Of a DNA stretch of 64,000 bases, positions 56,601 through 64,000 are shown piece by piece. Positions within the stretch are counted from its first letter, which is position 1. Each line of letters starts with the position of its first letter. The stretch comes from Chrysomallon squamiferum (taxonomy: Eukaryota > Animalia > Mollusca). The translations under genes and the position numbers were made by a program. Where the stretch lies: contig CM022665.1 in NCBI GenBank assembly GCA_012295275.1, positions 22,878,001-22,942,000 of the forward strand, read 5' to 3'. A model generated the notes under the pieces. It was not told the origin of the DNA. It saw nothing but the letters and a program-made list of their open reading frames with translations, and did not search any database.

Positions 56601-58627
56601 AACAGGGAAACCCATTAGTTTGAGCAGACCATGTTATATGATCGCCATCAGATATCTATTTGTCACGATACCTCATCTTGTTCAGACAATTTTGGTCAAA
56701 GGCTAAGGTTTTATACAAGTCTAAAACACCCCAAAAAGGCGAAGATGTTTTGTTGTGCAACAACATGTAATCGAAATGCGACAACATTCACGGCAGTAGA
56801 CTGTAATTATTTTAATGGTTAGATTGTATTATGTTTAATACTCTTGCTTTAAATCATCGGAACACAGACGTCTAATGCATGTATTACGCTTAACATAAAA
56901 CTTAAATAGGAATTTTAGGATTTTTACAGTGTTATTCTAAATATATTATTTTCTACAACATCCCACTAAAATGATGTACTATTATAATAAAATGATTTTT
57001 AGATTAATATGATACATTACAAAAAAAAAAAAAAAAAAAGAAAAAGATAAACATTTTAGAGAGAAGGAAATATTTGTGATTAAGTTAAAATTCTTGAAGA
57101 TTCACTCCGGCAAAATATTTTTTAGCGTCACTTTCGTCGTGTGTAAAATAACACTGCACACTTACAGTATATTCAGGCAGTCTTAGCTCAGCTCTACCTG
57201 CTTTCAGCGATATGTGATCAGAAAAGACAGAAGAGGAAGAAAAAAAAACCCAGAGAAAAACATTCAAAATCCATTGTGTTATTTATCAAGGCTTGGTTGC
57301 AAAATTCAGTCGTAGGGCTTGACAACTCATATTGCAGCTGTATAGCCAGCGGCATAATTGTGAAAGTTTTATCCTGTTTACGTGACATAATTACATCATT
57401 TGAAACAGACAATTAATGTTATTTGTCTTCTAGGTTCTCACCTCTGTGTTCTGATGTATATCTTTTTTTAACAAAGATGCTGGTGGTCAAGGTAATAATA
57501 ATAACTAACAATAATAAATGGTAACGATAATAATCTTGTCTGTCAATAAACTATCGAGTTAAACTAAATTAACTTAATTCATTCGTATTCTATAATGCGT
57601 TTTAATTAACTAAATTGATACTGCCTCTGAATGTAACAAAATGAACAAGTCCACATCTGGTGTATAACCCCCACCCAATAGGGTTTACAATAAATAAAAA
57701 AAATGCATAGAAGGTAGACACATAATTTTATGTTAGGATTGCTTACACTTCACAGATTAGTTGTTTATCATCTAAAACATTAAAATTAACAACATTTTGC
57801 TTTATATATCGATATCTGCCGATTAATTTTCATTCCGGTTTATTTATTTTCAAATCACGTTCGCCACGATTTATACAAGCTATCAAACTGTCAGTCCTAG
57901 CCAAACAAGTTAGCTTCCCTGACATCTAATTACTGCTGAAAAACTTTGATTTGTCTGGAGTGTGTTAGATTAGTAAGTAAACAGGCTCCCTCCCGTCTGT
58001 TCTGTTACAGTTTGAATTTGCTTTTCTCCGTTTTTGAAACATTTACGGATTTATTTCTTTTAAGGCTGAACTGTCGTCGTTTAAACAAGAGTTTTGAATG
58101 CCACAAGACAAAAACTAAATGATCATTTTGAATATGTTCTAATGTAGTAAGTGGTCGTGTCTAGACTTATTTTTGAGCTTTTTAACACATCACAACAATA
58201 TATTTAATAACACTGTAGAAATTTACCGAGTTGGTTTTAAATGTCGACCTATTCGCACATCAGTAGTTTGCTTAACAGATCTAACATTATCAGTGCAATT
58301 AAAACGACAAAGCTTGAGGCGTTGCCAAATGACACAACTAAACTGTATGATCACCGTCTTTCATCTTAGCAGTCCTGAAACTATGATCCAAACTGGTTTT
58401 CCACTTGCTGTTGGCAAATCTGTCTGCACAGCCAAAAGCTAAGAGTGAAAATATTTGAAAACAAAATCAGTGGCTAGGAGAAATAGCCTGCAGGTTTTAA
58501 ACAAATTGTGTATCTCTCAGAATATTCTTCGGTAATAGTTGCGATTCAAATATCAAAATTGCCAATTTTTTCGTGTTAGAAGTGTTATAATTTAACTACA
58601 CGGATTCTGCGTACAAACAGGTTTTAC

Positions 58628-58633
58628 TTTATT
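58628..58633 (-). terminator. Candidate polyadenylation signal of gene B
   Basis: AATAAA on the minus strand ~1 kb after the stop, followed by GT-containing sequence; another candidate at 59400-59405. The hexamer is common in this AT-rich DNA. Confidence 0.25.
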
Positions 58634-59663
58634 AATACAGAACACAGAACATTGAGTATTTTTATCATGCTTATTTTTTTTTAACACTTTTCATCCAGCT
58701 AAATAATTATATTTTACAGCTAAATATTTGTAAAAAAAGAAATCATAAAGCTCCCATTTCTGTAACAAAATTAGAGAAAATAGCTTCGAGATGAATTGTG
58801 TTTTTTGTCTTATTTTAATAACTCATAAAATTATTCAATCATATTGCTATTATATTCCAGGAATTAGAAAACTGAGCAATGATTCTGAAACGTATTCCCT
58901 GAAGCATTTGCCGAAGACCGTTATTAAACAGTAGCAAAATCCAAATAATCTTTCTTCGGAATTCTTTTTGTGTTTTATATGTGTTTACGAATAAATTGTT
59001 TTAATTCCATGGAAAGGGAATATTTCCTTTTACACACAAATTTAATTTTGTTAGTTCTCAAGTGTACCGATCAGTAATGTTTTTTAAAAGCGTATTTCGA
59101 TTTTATTTTTTTTTAAATTCTGCAATTCTCTATTAAGATTAAGCATATTATAAATGAAAATTATTCCTCTGAGGTGAATTAATCGTGAATGAACAATTGT
59201 ACAGAATCACTATACAATATGAGAACATAGAGGAATAAGTATATGGCCATAAATTTCTATTTCGGATAACAATGATTCTTGACAGAGAAATAATGATAAT
59301 TTACTTGCAAACTGTAACGATACAAAAATTCGTCAGTAATGTCAGACAGATTCTTACTATATTAAAATTATAAATACTTCAGAATCTAGTTATTACATGT
59401 TTATTAATCAAAATTCACAATGTTTACCATGTAGCCCTCAAATTATGGCTACTTTATAACTTATTTTTTGTTTTGAATTTTGTTTCTCTCTTCTCACAAT
59501 ATGCGAGATTTATTCTTGAGCAACAATTATTAACATTTTGCGGAAAACAATCACAAATACTGAGCTGGCAAAAGATTAACGGAACGTCTGTGCGTACTAT
59601 CAAACTGTTGTTCGTGATCTAAACTTAAAAACTCATCTAGTATGCTTTGCATTTTTGGCGTTT

Positions 59664-60320
59664 TTATATCATTTCTTTCACCGTGTCTTGTTCATGAGGT
59701 GTTGAAAAATCTAAATCTCTAAATTCGTCATCGTAATTATACGAAAATCTTTCATTTCTGCCTTGCCTTGGCAGATCGGAAGGTGGAAGAAAACTCATAC
59801 AGCGACGATCACCTGCCTGCAGACAGGTTTCATCTTTGTCTTCTTCGTGGAATATATGTCTTGATGTACGTTCCCGTTCTAATGGAATAATTGAATTTAA
59901 ATCCAACATATTGGGTTGAACAATGTAATTCCTCTGTGGCACTGGTTCATTTAACACACATCCTCTCTGTGCACGTCTGAGGGGAATCCGTAACGCATCC
60001 GGATCACTATTGTTACTCTCCGAACTTCCGTATCCGGCATAGTCGCACGTACAAAAATGGTGTCCGTCCCTGGAGTTGTTGAAACGTCTTTCACCCACAG
60101 AATCCGAGTCGTCGATGTATTCGTATGGATGGGCGGATTCTGTATAGTAGTGACTGCTGTCGTCGGAGATGTTTGGTATAGCTGGAAGTTCTCTGTTGGC
60201 TAGATCGAGATTTCGACATCGTGGTTGCTGCCAGAGAGAGGATGAAGGAAAGAAACTTGGCTGAAGTTCACGAACTGGCTGACTGATAACCAAGTCATCT
60301 AAACGCATGGCTGAAGAATC
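59664..60320 (-). CDS. Gene B, terminal coding exon (cytoplasmic tail); whole protein ~383 aa
   Basis: Acceptor tcttcatttcag, phase 0, reads DSSAMRLDD...RELPAIP...HPYEYIDDS...FCTCDYAGYGSSES...DTVKEMI*; lies within the 230-aa ORF 59664-60356. Confidence 0.9.
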   Translation of the reverse strand, partial: DSSAMRLDDLVISQPVRELQPSFFPSSSLWQQPRCRNLDLANRELPAIPNISDDSSHYYTESAHPYEYIDDSDSVGERRFNNSRDGHHFCTCDYAGYGSSESNNSDPDALRIPLRRAQRGCVLNEPVPQRNYIVQPNMLDLNSIIPLERERTSRHIFHEEDKDETCLQAGDRRCMSFLPPSDLPRQGRNERFSYNYDDEFRDLDFSTPHEQDTVKEMI

Positions 60321-60862
60321 CTGAAATGAAGATTTGAAAATGTATATGAATATCAAAGCTTGTTACAGTTTTTACTACATTCTCACATCTGTCTAGGTGG
60401 CAGGCGTACTATTTTGTAACTATTTATTTACTTTTTTTTTTTTTTATCCATACCTTAACGTTCCTAATGTATATTTTATTACGATTAATTTAGCGTCACA
60501 TTGGCATAATATTTGTTTTGGACAGAATAAGTAACAGATAAATCATATTCCACTGAAGTGTCATAATTTAATCAATTTCAGATTTCTAAGCATTCTCTAC
60601 ACGAAAATATCTCACGTAATATACAAGATTTTGTTATAACAATGATATTTAAAAATCTACAGAGCGGAGCCAAGATTTCAGAACAGAGAATCATATTAAT
60701 CTAATTTCGTGATAAAATGTGTCGAAATGAAACGAATAAAAAGAAAAACGTCAGTCGGGGGAGACAATGTTATAAGCTCATGATACAATACTTACAACAA
60801 CAGTTTTGTTTACGTATAATATATTGATGCTTTATATGTAAACCGTTTTGGCAATAACGTAC

Positions 60863-60992
60863 CCTTTCTATTGTGTCTATAACAGGTGCAGAAGCGTAAT
60901 GACAACTAGAATACGGTCTAACATCAGTCTGTTCTGACTGCACGGATTCTTGACTTTCTCGGTCTGTGGTTCTCGATTTTAGTTTTGTGTGT
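60863..60992 (-). CDS. Gene B, second coding exon
   Basis: Acceptor tttattttcag, 130 nt (phase 2 in, phase 0 out), donor AGG|GTACGT; (R)HTKLKSRTTDRESQESVQSEQTDVRPYSSCHYASAPVIDTIER. Confidence 0.9.
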
Positions 60993-62279
60993 CTGAAAAT
61001 AAAATTTGTTTTATTAACGGTTCTTTGAAGATTTATATAATGTATATTCACAGCTTGTTATAATCTTAATAATTTTCAAGCGATAGTGTGTGTGTGTGTG
61101 TGAGTTTATATGTATGTGTATGTGTGTGTTGCTGACAGCAACAAATGGACATTGTGTTCATCCTGTGAGATTTCTAAATAAATAATTAGAAATAAATCAA
61201 TCCGTACAGTTCTGTAACACATTTGGATAATAAAAGTAAAGACTGAGAACGAAGACAGAACATTTTACAGCGATCACAATATTGGTTAAGTCGTATAAAG
61301 ATGAACTAAGATGCATTAACTAATTTACACAACGGCGATGCAATTCCATTATCGTGATGTTGCTAGGCAACAAAAAATAACCAGTTTCGTGGGAAGAGTT
61401 TCACAGCAGGGATACTCGGTGCAATTATCTTTTATTATTACATAATCATTGACCGAAAATATTAAGTTTCTAATTGCGAAAATAGAAATGCAGATGGCAC
61501 TGGAGACATTACATATCGAAGGCTTGAAGAACCCAGTACTGGTTTTGTTTCGAAAGCTTTTGCAGTATTGATGACGAAAATAACTTTGCAATACATGACA
61601 CGTACACAACTTAGCTTCTTCCTCGTTTCTTACCGTGAGTGCTGACATTTGTAATTCGTGTATTGTCGCATAATAGAATCAGTGTTTTAAAGATACAATG
61701 CCACGTTTAATTCTAAATAACAAACAGCGATGAGACACATAGTACATAAACAAAGCCCGTAACAACGCAAAAAGTTAAGTTACTATTCGTTCCGCGTCTG
61801 TATTAGCTTATCAGGGGAACTAAAATATGGTAAAATGTTTGCCTGAGGAGCTGTGGGTTGCAGCATTAAATATTTTCGGTAATCCATTAGGACTATATCT
61901 TATTCAATCAGTTTGACGTGACTTAGCTATCAAGCGTCTGCGTATAGCCATCCATGTAATCGGTAGAAGTAATAATTTACACAAAATGATCGAACTGTTT
62001 GATATTTAATCTTATGATATAAAGAAACGTTAAATTAACATTCATTCATTTATTTTGGCTTTTCAACACTATTACAGATAAATAATCCCAACATATCAAC
62101 TGTCTTTTCATTCACTGTTCTGGAAAAAGAGGACATTTGAACTGTAAAACTTTGTTTAAAGTAAGAACAATTGAAGTACGGTAGTAATAAACATAGTATT
62201 TTAGTAAATTCATTAAGATAAAATATCGTTGTCAAAGTCTTCAATTGTAATAAGAAGCTCAACTTGTTTATAATAAAAC

Positions 62280-62466
62280 ATATACATGCGTGTATCTGTA
62301 TATATATGTGTGTGTATGCATGTGTACTTGTGTGTGTATATGTATATACAGTGTATACGTGTATATGTGTGTGTGTATGCGTGTATATGTGTGTGTGTAT
62401 GCATGTATATATGTCTGTGTATGTATATGTACACATACAATAATAACAATGACGACGACGACGACA
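62280..62466. repeat. Degenerate (TG/TA)n plus (GAC)n repeat in a gene B intron
   Basis: Direct inspection. Confidence 0.9.
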
Positions 62467-62472
62467 ACTCAC

Positions 62473-62837
62473 CTGCAACAAAAGTAGATGAGCACTGCTG
62501 TGAAACACACAGACACCAACAAACAGGCCGTAACAACCATAACTTTACAGGAAAAGTCACACGGGTCTGAATCCATCTCTTCGCCAACGTCGTCACCCCC
62601 ATCAAAGACGCCATCACCGTCGAAGTCAGCTTTACATTTATCAACCATAAACATTTTTAACTGCTGCCCCACACTCTCGCCAACACACCCAGTCCAGTTG
62701 ACCTTGTCCAACAGGCTGGGCTTCCATGGTGGAGGACATGGAAAATTCTTCCAAAATGATTTCAGTAGTGGATCAAGATGTTCTTCAGCCATCGACACAA
62801 GATGGTCAAAACTTGGAAGAAACGTCGATGTCGTCAT
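62473..62837 (-). CDS. Gene B, first coding exon, paralog of gene A (ectodomain + TM helix + CC); exon begins at 62864
   Basis: Minus-strand acceptor ggtttcag (AG at 62866-62865); ORF MTTSTFLPSFDHLVSMAEEHLDPLLKSFWKNFPCPPPW...VMVVTACLLVSVCFTAVLIYFCCR; phase-2 donor AG|GTGAGT after 62473, at the same position and phase as in gene A. Confidence 0.9.
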
Positions 62838-62848
62838 TGGATTTCAGT

Positions 62849-62863
62849 TCACTTCGACTCCAT
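62849..62863 (-). promoter_or_regulatory. 4-codon uORF (MESK*) at exon base +2, ending 11 nt before the gene B ATG
   Basis: cag|a ATG GAG TCG AAG TGA actgaaatcca ATG on the minus strand. Confidence 0.7.
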
Positions 62864-63938
62864 TCTGAAACCAATAAAACGGTACATTAACTTCGGATAT
62901 GATCGACTTCCAAGGACTGTGGAAAATTAACGTCTAATTGGAGTTTGTTTCTCTCATCTAAAAATTAAGCTACAAAGGAAAATTTAAGCATTAGTTTGCT
63001 TCTGCCATCTGAAATAAAATTATATTAACGAAAAAAAAATGTTTAATTTTTTTTTTCAGCAGGTTTCCTAATTACGTAGGATCCATAAAAATGCCAATCC
63101 GCTAAGACTGACCTATAAGAAAAATATACAGGAATTTTTTAAGATGTATTGCGCTTTTATGTGAATATCACTCCTACACCATAATCTGTATCAGATCAAT
63201 AAGCGCTGCTTTACATTTAATATCTTAAACTACATTAAAAATAATTGTCCTAGTTCATATTTCAAATAACAGTTAATTGAAAATGCAGTGGAATTTTGGG
63301 TCTAAATCACATTTCGTTGACAAATCGTAGATCAGTTTCTTTTACGAATATCGGATAACGCATTTGTAAAGGACATTGCTCAGATTCACTTGTACTTAAT
63401 TAAAATAATTAAGCTTATAAACTCAGATCGTTCCATGTTGTACTAGGATAATCTGAATCCCATAACATAAAATAACAATATCGGACTTCATCTATGCGCT
63501 GTTCGTCATCACTTTCTAATAAAAGACAAAAAGATAATGAATTCCAGTTGAACATGATCCATTCTGAAATCATAGAACAACAGACACATTAATAGTTTTT
63601 TTCTTCTTCTCATTAACAAACGTTTCTTTATGAATTTGTATTAACGAGGTTTGGAAAATGATGACTGCAGTTTGCTTTAGTATGTTATTCAACACGACTT
63701 TATTTGCGAATTAATAATGAAATTTGGGGATTTTCATCATTTGCTGTAAATGATTAATTCGTTTCGGCTGGTTAATAATAATAATAATAATAATAATAAC
63801 AACAACAATAACATCTTTAAATTGGCTGGAATTCACTGATAAAATAAAAAATCCTTTTTTATCACAGACATATATAAATACAACAGGTTTTTTTTTTTTT
63901 TTTGTTATAGAAATCTTGTACTAAGTATATCATTATTT

Positions 63939-63980
<42 letters not shown>

Positions 63981-64000
63981 ATCAGTCAGCCAGTCATGGC

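Overview
AT-rich, microsatellite-dense eukaryotic (metazoan) genomic DNA. SINE-like remnants suggest a mollusc, but that is inference. There are no prokaryotic features, rRNA, intact tRNA or CRISPR arrays, and almost all ORF-track entries are simple-repeat artefacts. The coding content I can support is one pair of convergent (tail-to-tail) paralogous genes, each with three coding exons, reconstructed from splice signals and mutual homology. Gene A (+; 24856-25208, 30382-30508, 30986-31696) encodes ~396 aa. Gene B (-; 62837-62473, 60992-60863, 60320-59664) encodes ~383 aa. Both are predicted signal-peptide-less single-pass membrane proteins of a family I cannot name. Each has a small Cys-containing ectodomain (FWxxFPCPPPW...KVNWT.C...MVDKCK), one TM helix, and a disordered tail with conserved linear motifs (YxSCHYA..PVI; RxLP 23 aa before YEYI; FCxC...GYGSS). 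Both paralogs also retain a 4-codon uORF starting at base +2 of the first coding exon and ending in TGA 11-12 nt before the main ATG. The window also holds a 22-bp minisatellite with higher-order structure next to a SINE remnant, candidate promoters and non-coding first exons, a diverged ~1 kb duplication, and a miR-71-like 22-mer.
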